In this document: positions 10,726-22,219 of the stretch, in pieces
How the letters are laid out: every line of letters begins with the position of its first letter
How positions within the stretch are numbered: the stretch's first letter is position 1
NCBI GenBank assembly: GCA_026936335.1
Contig: JAPMXV010000037.1
Location: 231,503 to 295,502, forward strand
Direction of reading: 5' to 3'
Source of the DNA: Mantamonas sphyraenae STR306
Lineage: Eukaryota > Protista > CRuMs
DNA length: 64,000 nucleotides
Position numbers and translations under genes: made by a program
The notes under the pieces: model-generated
What the model saw: the letters and a program-made list of their open reading frames with translations, nothing else
Told to the model about the DNA's origin: nothing
Database searches by the model: none

Positions 10726-12525
10726 ATGCTGGAGACATACAAGGATGCAGTGAATTACCTGTGGTCCACGGTGTCGTTTGCCAAAATCAGCAAGGAGGAG
10801 TACGAGTCACGTGAGGCGAATCGGCTGTACCGCTTCCTGCGCAAGGCGGACGTGTTGCCGCTGGACAACGCCTCGCAACTGCGAGTGATCCACGTGGCTG
10901 GCACCAACGGCAAGGGGTCGACGGCAGCCATGAGTGCAGCGGCATTGCAGGCGTTGGGTTACAAGGTGGGCCTGTTTACGTCGCCCCACCTGCACAGCGT
11001 TCGGGAACGGTGCCGCATCGACGGCGCCCTGATGACCCGTCAGGAATTTGTGGAGCGGATGAACGAGGTCAAGACGCTGATTGAACGCATCACCGACATT
11101 GAACTGACGGTGTTTGACAGGCTGACCATGCTTGCGTTGCTGCACTTTACGCACCACCAGGTGGATTGGGCGGTGATGGAGGTGGGGATGGGTGGACGAC
11201 TGGATTCCACCAACTGCATGCCCGACCATTGGATCCAAGCCAGTGTGATCAACAGCCTGAGTTTGGAGCATACCAATGTGTTGGGCAACACCATCCAGGA
11301 CATCGCATGGGCCAAGGGAGGCATCATACGCCCTGCCGTCCCTGTCTTTACCATCCAACAGCCCTCCCACGACGCCCATGTCGTCCTTGCCGACATTGCA
11401 CAGGACAAGCAGACCACGTTGCATGTCAGCACACCCGTGGGATTGGACACAGATGCCATGCTGGCTGTGCTGCAGGGCAAAGAGGTGTCTTCAGGTGAGA
11501 ACAGCAGCAGCAGTACTACCACCACCACCACCAGCATGCAGAGTGAGGAGGATGACTATCAGGATGTGAACCGTGGCCTTGTGTTGAGTGTGTTTGCACA
11601 TCTGTTGCAAAAGGGCATTGTGGAGGATGCGTCGCAGGGCCAGGCGGTGGTCAAGGCGTTGCAGGAGGTGCGTTGGTTTGCACGCATGGAGGCACTCACG
11701 GGTGCCCCGGTGCCCGTGTACATCGACTGTGCACACAACTTGGGTGCTTTTCGCACCTTTGTGCACACGTTGGCCAACACCCTGGCCGCAGAGGTGGAGC
11801 ACAACCACAACGCGGATGTCAGCACCACAGGCACCACTGGCACCATCACCAGTGCTCCCGTCTTTGTGGTCGGTTGCAACAGGGACAAGGAGGTGCAACC
11901 CATGATCCAACTCCTGCTGGAGTATCCTCTCGTCGCTGCGCTTGTGTTTGTCAATAGCTCCCATCCCAAGGCACTCATGCCTGCCGAGATGGTCGAGCGC
12001 TTCAACACAGAATCGGCCTCCGAGGATGACGATGCCCCTTTGCTTGTGCCTGTGCCACAGGAACAGTCTGAGGAGGAGGGTGCCACCGAGCAGCCTTCGG
12101 CGTATGTGTACCGCGACGTGCATGTGTATCTGTGTGACCAACGTACGGAGGCTGTGCAAAAAGCGTTGGCACTGGCTGCCGACCACACGCACCAGGCACA
12201 AAGCCAAGAGGATGGCACGCAAGAGACGAACGACGAGGGCAACGACGATGATGAGGGCAGCATCAGCAACAGCAGCAACAGCAGCAGCAGCAATAGCACC
12301 CAAGGGGTCGTGGTGGGTGTGGGATCTGTGTTTCTGGCTGCCGATCTGCGTGAGGAGTGGTGTGTGTTGTACCCGGATTCATTCCCTGCTTCGGATTGGG
12401 TTCACGAGGCAGCCAAGGAACCCACCTTTGAGTGGACATCCTCCTCCTCCTCCACCACCAGCTCCTCCTCCACCTCGTCCGACGAATCGAGCAGCTCGGC
12501 ATCCTCCTCCTCCTCCTCGGCATAG
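10726..12525 (+). CDS. folC: Folylpolyglutamate synthase / dihydrofolate synthase (FolC family)
   Basis: IHVAGTNGKGST P-loop, GLFTSPHL..VRER, EVGMGGRLDSTN, EHTNVLG, IAWAKGGI, DCAHN, GSVFL. Confidence 0.93.
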   Translation: MLETYKDAVNYLWSTVSFAKISKEEYESREANRLYRFLRKADVLPLDNASQLRVIHVAGTNGKGSTAAMSAAALQALGYKVGLFTSPHLHSVRERCRIDGALMTRQEFVERMNEVKTLIERITDIELTVFDRLTMLALLHFTHHQVDWAVMEVGMGGRLDSTNCMPDHWIQASVINSLSLEHTNVLGNTIQDIAWAKGGIIRPAVPVFTIQQPSHDAHVVLADIAQDKQTTLHVSTPVGLDTDAMLAVLQGKEVSSGENSSSSTTTTTTSMQSEEDDYQDVNRGLVLSVFAHLLQKGIVEDASQGQAVVKALQEVRWFARMEALTGAPVPVYIDCAHNLGAFRTFVHTLANTLAAEVEHNHNADVSTTGTTGTITSAPVFVVGCNRDKEVQPMIQLLLEYPLVAALVFVNSSHPKALMPAEMVERFNTESASEDDDAPLLVPVPQEQSEEEGATEQPSAYVYRDVHVYLCDQRTEAVQKALALAADHTHQAQSQEDGTQETNDEGNDDDEGSISNSSNSSSSNSTQGVVVGVGSVFLAADLREEWCVLYPDSFPASDWVHEAAKEPTFEWTSSSSSTTSSSSTSSDESSSSASSSSSSA

Positions 12526-13615
12526 AAGTACAAGCTTTACCTTGGCAATGTCCTTGTTGACACACTCTGGCTGCTTGCTGTAGTACTGCCAGTAGCGATG
12601 GTTCTCTTTGACACGCAGGCGCTTGATAAAGGCCATGCCATTGTCGTCCTCCTCCCACAGCGCAGGCTGTTCGTTCACCTCGTCCAGGTACTCCACCAGA
12701 TCCTTCCAGCCTGCACTTTGCAATCGAAATGTGTTTTCCACCTCTGGCGACCACTGCTTGGCACGCACCATCTTGATTGGCTTGCGTTGTGTCTGCTTAC
12801 CCTTGCCATTGACCTTGACCTTGCCCTTGCCCTTGCCCTTGCCCACGGTCGATCCCAACCCTGCCGTTCGTCCCACCACCTCTTTGCCCTTGCCCTTGTC
12901 CCGTGTCTCCATGCTCTTGCTCCCTCCTCCCATGCCCGAGACACCACTCGTCACCTTGCCCTTGCCCTTGTCCATACCCTTGGTGTTGATGCTGCTGCTA
13001 CCACCACCACACCACCACTACACCGTGGCTGTAGTTGGATGCGTTGTATGTGGATGATGTCGATGTGCTCCCTGTTTGCTTGTGACCACTGCTGCTGCTG
13101 CTGCTGCCACTGCTGCCTTCCTGCGTGTTGTTTGCTCGATGCAGCGCGTTTTCCCGGTCGCTGCTGCGAGACACCCGTCCCGACGGCCGTGTCGATGTAC
13201 TGCTGCCTGTCGATGTGTTCCCCAGTGTCTTTGATTCATTCGTCTGTGGGTCTGTCGTGTCCATGGGCATGCTTGTGGCTCCCTTGTGGCTGTCCAACGA
13301 CGGAAACCTGGCCGAGCCCGTGGACCGTTTCTCCCCGCGCGCGTTTGTCTTTGCACCCGTCCCTGCCTTGCCTGTGCCACTGCCCTCTGTACCTCGTTTG
13401 GTCAACCCACTGCCTATGCTCACCCCTTCCTTCCTCCGCGTCGTCGTCGTCCCACTCGTCGTTTTACTCCGTGTCTGGCCATACCCGGAACTGGAGATGT
13501 TCCGCTTCTTCGTCGTCGTCGTCCCACCCGACTTTTTGCCTGCCTTACGGGCCCCAGCCCCAGCACCAGCACCACCGCCACCGCCACTCTTTTCCTTCTT
13601 GGAATGCAGTGTCAT
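12402..13615 (-). CDS. MEIG1: MEIG1-like protein, probably with a long low-complexity Lys/Gly/Ser N-extension (frame breaks at ~13010 and ~12534)
   Basis: Core KPIKMVRAKQWSPEVENTFRLQSAGWKDLVEY...FIKRLRVK...YYSKQPECVNKDIAKVKL resembles MEIG1 (W..E.EN..R.Q.AG..D..EY...YY.K..EC..K...KVK). Both termini are uncertain. Confidence 0.78.
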
Positions 13616-13751
13616 GGGCGTGGATGACACGCTGAGTCCGAGATCCATGCCGCCTGTGATGCGAAGATGTTGTTGATGCGTGGGCGCAGCCAGAGCCTGC
13701 CAGCCCTCAAACAGCACCACGTCGTCGGATCTACCACAGCAGCAGAGGCAC

Positions 13752-15505
13752 ATGACCACACCGGTGGTGGGAGGCATGCAGCGTGTGATTCCCCATGCCT
13801 GGATGTTTGCACGGCAGCAGGGCAGTCGCAGCAGCAGCAGGGCAGCAGCCACCACGCAGGAGGGCCTCTTCATCGCCCTCGGCTCACGTAGGGGCTTCCA
13901 CGTGCACAGGGCAGTCCACAGGCACGACTTGGACGCAAACAATGATGATGGTGATGGTGATGCAAAGGGCATGCGGGGCCGTCAGGAGATGGACTTTGTG
14001 GAGCAGGAGCTGCAGAGGGAGATGGAGGAGGAACGCCTCTCCAAGCGCTTGGGTCTGTTTTCCGGTGCTGCCATGATTCCACACCCGGCCAAGCGCGAAC
14101 GAGGTGGCGAGGACGCATACTTTGTGGATGACAAGTGGGTTTGGAGGGTGTGGAGACGTGGGGTTGGGCGTGTGGGGGGAGAAAAACGGGAGAGTGTGTG
14201 TGGGAAATGGGAAACGGGAGATTGTGAGCTGACACACACGCGCCCTTTTTCACGGTCCACAACGTCACCTGGGCGCAGGGACAACATTGTGGGAGTGGCA
14301 GATGGTGTGGGTGGCTGGGCGGAGCAGGGGATTGATGCAGGCGAGTATTCGCGAGCTCTGATGAAGGTGGGTGGGGGAGGGTTGGATGGCTCCGTGGCGC
14401 CGGTAGTCCGGGTACCTGGAACTGACTCCCTGCTGAAACGACGGCGGACTGTGTGGATGTGTGTGTACGTGATGGTGGGCATGGGTTGTTTGTGAACACA
14501 CGTGTGGGTGCAATTGTGGACGATGGGGCACCGCAGTACTGCGAGCAATACGCGCAGGAGTACGTGGAGAACACACGCATTGGCCTGCGTGTCGAAAGCT
14601 ACCGACGACAAAGCGAAGGCGACGACAACAACGCCATGGGCGAAGTCATGGCCAAGTACAACACCGCAGACAACACAGCCGTGTTTGTGCCACCACTCAA
14701 GGTGCTCAACGACGCCTACATGAAGGTGACCTTTGAAAACGTACGTGGAGTGTGTGATGCTGTGTGAGAGAGAGATCCAACACACACACACACACACGAG
14801 ACTCACTCACCCCCACACACACATTCCCTGGGGTTGTCTGGCCACAGATTCTGGGTTCGACAACGGCGTGTGTGGTGTCGTTGGATGCAAAGGAGCACCG
14901 TTTGGAGGTGCAGAATGTGGGCGATAGTGGCACGCTTGTGATCCGTGACGAACGGGTGATTCTGACCACAGAGCCACAACAGCACCGGTTCAACCAACCA
15001 TACCAGCTGGGCGGAAGCGATACCCCTTCCTGTGCCGACAAGTACGAGTTGGCTGTGCGTGCAGGAGACGTCATTGTCACCGCCACAGACGGTCTCTTTG
15101 ATTCTCTCTACGTCCCAGAAGTGCTGGAGATTGTGCGCGAGTGGTAAGTGTGAACGTGACCATGGGATGGACGGGGCATGGGGTGACGGAAGGGGGCGGA
15201 TGAACGATTGACGGACCCTGGGTGATGCTCACACTCTCCCTCTCCCTCTCAACAGCATCAAGACGGCAGAGGCATCCGGGGAGGAGTTTGACCCCAGTCT
15301 GTTGGCTCAGCGACTTGCCTATGAAGCTCATGAGCTGGCACGGGATCCCAGCCGCTACAACGAGACGCGCATCTCCCCATTTGAGCTGCAGTGTGCTCAG
15401 TCCACAGAGCTCATCTACTTCAAGGGCGGTAAGATGGACGACATCACAGTGGTCGTCTCCATGGTGGTCGCCAAAGACCCTGCAGAGGAGTCTTTGGTCG
15501 TGTAG
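13752..15505 (+). CDS. PTC7: PTC7-type protein phosphatase 2C with a likely mitochondrial presequence; 4 introns
   Basis: IPHPAK..GGEDAYF, GVADGVGGW, GSTTACV, NVGDSG, QQHRFNQPYQL, ATDGLFD, GGKMDDITV. Exons are joined by GT-AG introns. Confidence 0.9.
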
Positions 15506-15562
15506 GGGAAAACAAACACACATCCTTTTGAAACTCCTCCATTGTATGTACTCCGCGTCGCA

Positions 15563-16803
15563 TCATGTGCTCGTGGGCATCAGGTTGGCAAAGTCGATCT
15601 GCAATACACTCGCAAACTTTTCATAAGCCCTCTTGCGTGCGGAGCGCAGGCGGATGCTTGCCGAGAGGATAAGCACAAAGGTGCCGTTGGACACGATGGC
15701 CAGCACAAGCAGCATGGTGCCCAGTACAAAGGTGGCTTCCTGCGTGTAGTACGACGCCAACACGGCCTCCACAGTGAGGATGAGCAGCACCACACTCAAC
15801 ACCACGTCCAACATCGCATACAGCTGCAACTGCTCCTGTGCCGTGCCCACCAAGGACATCATTTCGGAGCGGTGACGTGCCAGAGCCTTTTCCAAAGGTG
15901 ACATGGTCCTCGAGTTGCCGTCGAGCTCGTCGGTGAGCGAGGCTGCTGTGGCAGCGTTGTTCTTTGCCCGTTCGATGACGTCTGACAACTCGTCGAAGCG
16001 CAGAGTGAACAAGTAGATGACCAACCAGAAGCAGAAGGGCACCCCGACGAGAGTAAACACCACGAGGGCGTCGACGACCCTGCTCAGCAACCACATCCGG
16101 ATCACTCTTCGTTGAGCTTCTCCGGCGCAACCACAGCCTCGTTGAGAGTGCCCACAATCCACGCCAGTGACAAGAGACCCGCAATGGTAAGCACCACCAG
16201 CAGCCAGCGTTGTGTGCGACGCCGTTGCTGTTCGGCAGCTGACGTCGACGACAGTCGCACACGACGGAACACATTGGCAATGGTCGACCAGTGAGCTCCC
16301 ATCGAGTACCAACCCGCCACGTAGCCACACAGACTCTTGGCGTAGAAGAGGATGGCCAGCATGGTCGTGCGTGTCATTTCCGGAAGGATCCCATGGTCTT
16401 TCACCGGCCCGTGTGCGTTGTAGTATGATACAGATATGATGCCGTTGGCAATCAGCAGCCCCGTGAACAACACCGGGTGTAGGTAACGCAGGATCACAGG
16501 CACGGCGCTCGGATGTCGGTACCCGAGCAGCCGAACAAAGAGCCGCAGCCACCGGAAGATCTTCAGGGTGTCCTTGTTCTGTGTGTTGACCATGTGTCCA
16601 GAGTACAACGAACTCATCGAATATTTGGACTCTGTGCGTGGTATGGAGCGCTGTACATCATCCACAGTCACCACCGTGGCTGTGCACACGCCGATTTTGC
16701 AGCCAGGGGCGCCCCGGAGGCGGCGCGTCAGCAAGCAAGCGCGCCGTTTTTTCTCTCTCCCAACGCCCGCGCTTTTATCCATCATCCATCACTCACACTT
16801 CAT
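15563..16803 (-). CDS. Multi-pass membrane protein resembling gustatory-receptor-like (7TM ion channel) proteins; intron 16680-16796, +1 nt needed at ~16105
   Basis: At least six hydrophobic helices across ORFs 16102-16785 and 15563-16552, N-terminal LFVRLLGY, TM4 followed by RFDEL and a long cytoplasmic helical hairpin. The family assignment is inference. Confidence 0.55.
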
Positions 16804-17178
16804 GTGCCCCTGCTTGGCCTTCCGCTGCAGGGTGTCGGCGTTCCGTTGGTCCAGCTCGTTCAGCGAGTGCTTTTCTGTTCCGTTCCGTGTGGTGCAGCGT
16901 GGTGCTTGCGGGTCAGTGTGCTTGCGTGGGCTCGAGGTTTCGATTTGCACACACAACACGCTCTGGAACCCTCCCTCCTGCGTCCACGCATCCCTCTCGT
17001 CGTCTCGTATGCCCCCCACACGCACACGCTACTTACCGAGCATTGTTTTCACCGACCACCAGAAACGTCGTGCACTTGGTATGGTGGAGCCGTCGCGTCG
17101 TGGTTGCGGCGACGAAGAAACCAAACTTGCTGGAGGCAGAAGGACATGCCATGTGGTGACCAAAGCCTAACAATCGCT

Positions 17179-19288
17179 TTACTCATGCTCATCAACCACA
17201 ATGCGCACCACACTGCCTGTGGAATCACCATCCTCATCACCATCATCGTCTTCGCTCACCTCGGAGTTGCTTCCGACACTGGCCACATCCGATGCACCCC
17301 CTGCACCGGCACGCAACCCAGCCACCTCGAGGCGATCTCTGTCACGTTGCATCTCCTCCTGTTGCTCCTGGTGCCGTCTACGGTCGGTGTGGGAGACGCT
17401 GCTGCTCCTTCCTTGGGCAGCCATGGCGTTCGTCAGCGCCATGTCCTTGACAAAGTAGTCCACACGGGCCAGGTTGCTCAAAGCCACCGCACTGTCCGAG
17501 TGGTCCACAATGGTGGAGGACTGTTCGTCCACAAGGCGAGCCAGAGAGGTCAGCTGGACGTCGTCCTGCGCCCTGCGTTCCTGATGACCCCCCGCACACA
17601 CCGCACACACCACAGCGCCACGCTGCTCCTGGAACTGGGTGCACTGTGCACACAGACTATGTCCACAGGGCCACAGCACCTTGACCCCGTCTGCCATCAG
17701 CTGCGCGCAGTGCGGACACACCAGCTCTTCGCTCACCACCACCAGCACCTTGTCCACCGCGTGCGACAAACTCAAGTGGTCTCTCACCTTTCGCAACAGG
17801 CCCACACTGTAACTCAACTCGTCACGCACCGCCTGCTGCAACTCTCCAATCTCTGCCTCCTTCTCGGCCAACACCTTGTCAAAGTATCGCCGTGTTTCCT
17901 TCACACTCGTTGCCTGCCCACTCGCCTTGGCTGCCTCTGCCTCCGCCCTCTTCTTCGACTCCTGCTTGACCCTCCTCTTGAGCCGGTCCACCTCTCGCTT
18001 CAACTCCTTCATCTCCTCCTCCGTCTCCCTGTTGCTGCTGCTGCTCCCTGCACCGGCCCCCGTCGACACGGGGTAATCAGAGAACCGACGTTGCAGCCTG
18101 CGTGTCCCTCCTGCTGCCATGGGCGACGGCGATCGTGGCGATGCCGGCGACCCGGATCCCGAACCGGAACGATTGCGCTGCAATGCAGACGATGACGACG
18201 ACGGCCGTCGCTGCAACGGCGTACGTGGCGATCCACTGCTGCTTCCCCTGTGTTGACTCCCACTCGTGGTGCTGTGTGTGTCGTACGCCTCCAGCAGTGC
18301 CTGTTGCATGTCCGCACACCGTTCTTCCAGCTGTTTGTTGTCTTGCTCCAGCTGAGCAATCTGCACCTCGAATTGCTCCTGCAGAGTGCTCGTCTTGAGT
18401 TTGTGCATCCTTTCCATCTCCTCCATGCTCTCTTGCACCCACAGCGTGTGTTTGGTCAGTTTCTGTTGGAACAGTGACGCCACCTTGTGTGTGCGCGACT
18501 CCAGCAGTCGTTCGTGCTCCGCCACCGTGATCACTCGGTCGAATTCATCATTGTCAATCAACTGCTCCGCAAGGATCTCTGCCAGATCCCGCTTCATATC
18601 TGCCGGTGTCACTTTGCTTGCTTCCCTGCCACCCAACATTCGAAGCGACCGGTTTGCGGCGCTGCTCGACTCAGCCACAAGGCCCACCTTGCGCAACTCC
18701 TCCAGCAGATTCATCCCAGGGCCTCGTGCATTCGTCACCGATCGATGTCCATGTGGACTCTCGCCAGCCACACTCCTGCGTCGTCGCATCATGGCTGCTG
18801 CCTTGTGCTGGTGGCTGTTCTGGCTGCTGCTTGCCACGCTTCCTGCCGTTGCCCACGCGCTTGCTCCTGCCGTGCTGCTCACCACAGACGTCCGCCGCTG
18901 GAACGCAGGTCTGCATGGAACAGCCCCACCCCCCAAACAGCCCCGTTTCATCGATATGTGTCAGCCTGGGTTGAAATCCGCCAACCATGCTCGCTCACCC
19001 GTCGTCTGGCACTCACTTGAGAGGTGAGAACGGCGACTGCGCCTGCGCCTGGCCCTTTGCCTTCCTTCCTTGCTTTCTGGGCAACTCTCCAACTGTGTCC
19101 CGTTCCTCTGCTTCTACATTCACCTCGTTGCTGCTCCCACCAAAATCCCATGCGTCCAGTGACACGGCATGGATCTCCAGCGGGCCATCTTTGCTGCGTC
19201 CTCGGCCTCGTCGTCGTCGCCGCCGCCTTCCGCTCCCTTGCATCTCCTTGCGTGGTGAGGGCATCGCATACTGCTCCATCAGTTCCAT
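17179..19288 (-). CDS. Coiled-coil protein with a C3HC4 RING finger (putative E3 ligase); intron 18911-19016
   Basis: CPHC...PCGHSLCAQC...CAVC; long E/K/Q heptad stretches; intron GTGAGT..GCTGAC..CAG joins ORF 19013-19639 to ORF 17179-18951. Confidence 0.8.
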
Positions 19289-19419
19289 CTTTTTCCTTCG
19301 TGTCGTGGAGCCCAGGCTAGGCGACGCCCGCACGTCGTAGCTTGTCGCAATCTGCCGGTGTTGCATCGCTCGGTTTGGGCCGGCTTGCGCCCGCCCGCAC
19401 ACACCAAAACAGCACAAAC

Positions 19420-22116
19420 ATGGTCGGTGCCATCTGCGACCCAATGTGCCACCCCCATGGTTGCACTCACACACATTCACCTGTCCACACACAGATCCGT
19501 GCCACCTTTGGCGAGCATTTTCCGTCGAATGGTCAGTTTGCTCGGATTCCCCACACCTTCTTCCCTCACCTGGCACCTTGTTCCTGACACAGCCTCCGAC
19601 TCGTGTTTGGTGTCGCCCTTTGTCCACAGGAACGGTCAAAGAGAATCTGGGGCTGCCCTGGGGCTGTGTGGTGACGCCTCTGCAGCGACCTGAAGGCGTG
19701 GCCTCGGTGCTCCACGTCGACGCCGAGAGTGACTCCAGTCAAGGTGCCTCTTCCACCGCAGATGAAAGCACCTCCTCCACGGCAGAGATGACCCGGTGCG
19801 AAGAGTGCTTCGGATACATCAACCCGTTTGTGCGCTGGACACACAGTGTACGTGGGATGCGTCCTGTTGCGTGTGTTGCTCTCTTGGCCTTCCCCTCCGA
19901 CTGACACACACACACCCGCCACAGCACTGGATTTGCAATCTGTGTGGTGCGTACAACAGCACAGAGAGCGAGCGGTACAGCAAAACGAATCGGCCCTACA
20001 TGCCCGAAGTGTGTGACGCGCTGGTCGAGTACGAGCTGGAGAGCATGACGCTGAGTGCCGACGTGGCGTTTGCCGACGAGGATGGACCCATGCTCCTGGT
20101 GCTGGTCGACCTCACCGGCGGACCCGAGTATTTGGATGCAGTGACATCCGGTGTGGAGGCTGTGTTGCAAGCGGTGCACCCTTTGACGCGGTTTGGCCTG
20201 TTTACCTTTGGTCACCGCCTGGGCGTGTGGGATCTCCATCATTCCACGCCCCAGGTCAAGCATCTGCGCCTCCCCACAAACAACACACGCACCATGCCTG
20301 TGCCCATTGACGAAATCACCTCCCTCGCCAAGCTCTGTGTCCCTGTCCATTCCCATGCCGCAAACATCTCCACTGCTCTGGAGACGTTGCCCAGCCTCTC
20401 CTCGTCCTCCTCCTCCTCCACGTCATCGGCAGACAGCAAACCTGCTGCCCGCCGTGCCCTGGGCACTGCATTGGCATGCATCCACGACTTTATGGCGCAG
20501 CAGGGCCAGCTGGTCGCTGCTCGTATGCTCCTCTTTCTCAACGGCGTCTCTACAGTGGGCCTCGGCGCAACCTCTGACACACGCATCCAGGCTGCAGCAA
20601 CACTTGCAGGACGCACGTCGTTCGCATCGTCATCGTCATCATCATCATCATCGTCATCATCATCGTCGTCTTCTTTGGCAAAGGCGAATCTGTTGGACGA
20701 AGACTCGTTCGAGTCAGTTCCCTCGAGCGAGGAGCCGCAAGTGGCAGGTTCGGGTATAAACAGCAACACAGGGGGAGATGGCAAGAGAGCAAGTGACGGC
20801 GACGCAGAGAGCATCGACACACAGACCTTTGAGCTGATCACACCACAGGATGGCCAGCTGCGCAGCGAGGCACAACGGTACGCCGAGCTGTCCCTGGGAG
20901 TGGATATGATCCTACTGGGAGACGAGTTTATGGATCTGGCCAACATCAAATTCATGGCCACCATGACGGGTGGCCAGGTGTTTGCCTACGCCGATGTGGA
21001 GGACCACACCGTGCCCCAGGATCTCTACCGAAGGTACCGACAGACACAGGTCAGCAACGGCCTGCTACGCCTGCGCACCTCCCAGGACTTTGACGTCCAA
21101 CAAGCGTTTGGCTCCATGTACACAGACCCCAACTACGACAACCTGTACCACATGCCCACCTGTGACCCTCTCAAAACCGTGGGCTTTGAGTTTGAATTCT
21201 CCTCCATGAGTGGCTTCCTCGACCAAGCCCCATGTGTGCAACTGGCCTTTGCCTATACGCTGGTCGAAACGTCGTCGTCGTCGTCGTCGTCGTCATCGTC
21301 GTCAGTCATCCCACGGCTACGATCCGACGGCGCGTGCTGGTGCACACATTGGAGTTTACGCCCACACGCAGTGTGACGCAGCTGTACCAATCCACAGATG
21401 CACCAACAGTGTTGGCGTTGCTCACGCAGCAGATGATCCGCGTGTCTCTCGACGAGGGTCTCACCGAAGCTCGCTTGGTGCTGCAGGACTGGATGACCGT
21501 GTGCATGTGCAAATACCAGGTGGATCAGTACGGAGCCGCCAAGGCCGTGTCCGGCATGGATCCCACCTTTTCCAAGCATCCCACCTTGCAGTACCTCTCC
21601 CGTCTGGCCTTTGGCCTCCTGCGCAGCGACCTGCTCAACATCCACCAGATTGGGATGGATGTCGACCGTCTCGTGTGCATGCAGTGTCTCTATGGCGCCC
21701 TCGAGCCACGACTCTTGCTGCGTGCTTTGTACCCGACCATGGCATCGTACAGGGACGCCGATCACCTGTCCCATCCGCGCCTCTCTCTCAGTCGTTCTGC
21801 CATGCAGTCAAGTGGCAACCACCTTTTCCTGGTCGATGCTCTGCATACCTTGGTTGTGTATGCAGATCGCAATGCCCCCGAGGAGGTGCTCATCCCACCT
21901 GCCAAGGGGTCCCAGCTCGATGAAGCGGTCACCGCGATCAAGGGCGAGCGCATGGTAACCCCTCGAATTGTTTACCACGACACACGCACAGACGTGTCTG
22001 GCTCGCCCGACAGTCCTCTGCAGCGTTTCCTCATCGAGGATGGCACAAACAGCTTCACACGCTTCCTGGAACTCACCGCACGCTCCGCGCGTGCTTTCCT
22101 GGAGGAGAACCAGTGA
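19420..22116 (+). CDS. Divergent Sec23/Sec24-family COPII protein; introns 19423-19494, 19532-19629, 19848-19924; +1 nt needed at ~21304
   Basis: M|IRATF...GLPWGCVVTP, zinc finger RCEECFGYINP...WICNLC, trunk LVLVD/FGLFTF, TGG, LRLRTS, QLAFAYT, gelsolin-like region, C-terminal FLIED. Confidence 0.85.
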
Positions 22117-22219
22117 AGAAAGCGGGGGAAGGAGGGGAAAGGGGGTCTGAAGGGATGTGATTTCAAAAATCACACACACACCACACAGAGTGTTCATTGA
22201 GTTGTTCCCCGAGTTCCAC

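Noticed and set aside
13659-13700. In-frame TGA upstream of PTC7 (MRRCC*CVG) suggesting stop-codon reassignment or selenocysteine
   Set aside because: It lies in non-conserved upstream sequence; TGA is the normal terminator of most genes here and no conserved domain contains an in-frame stop.
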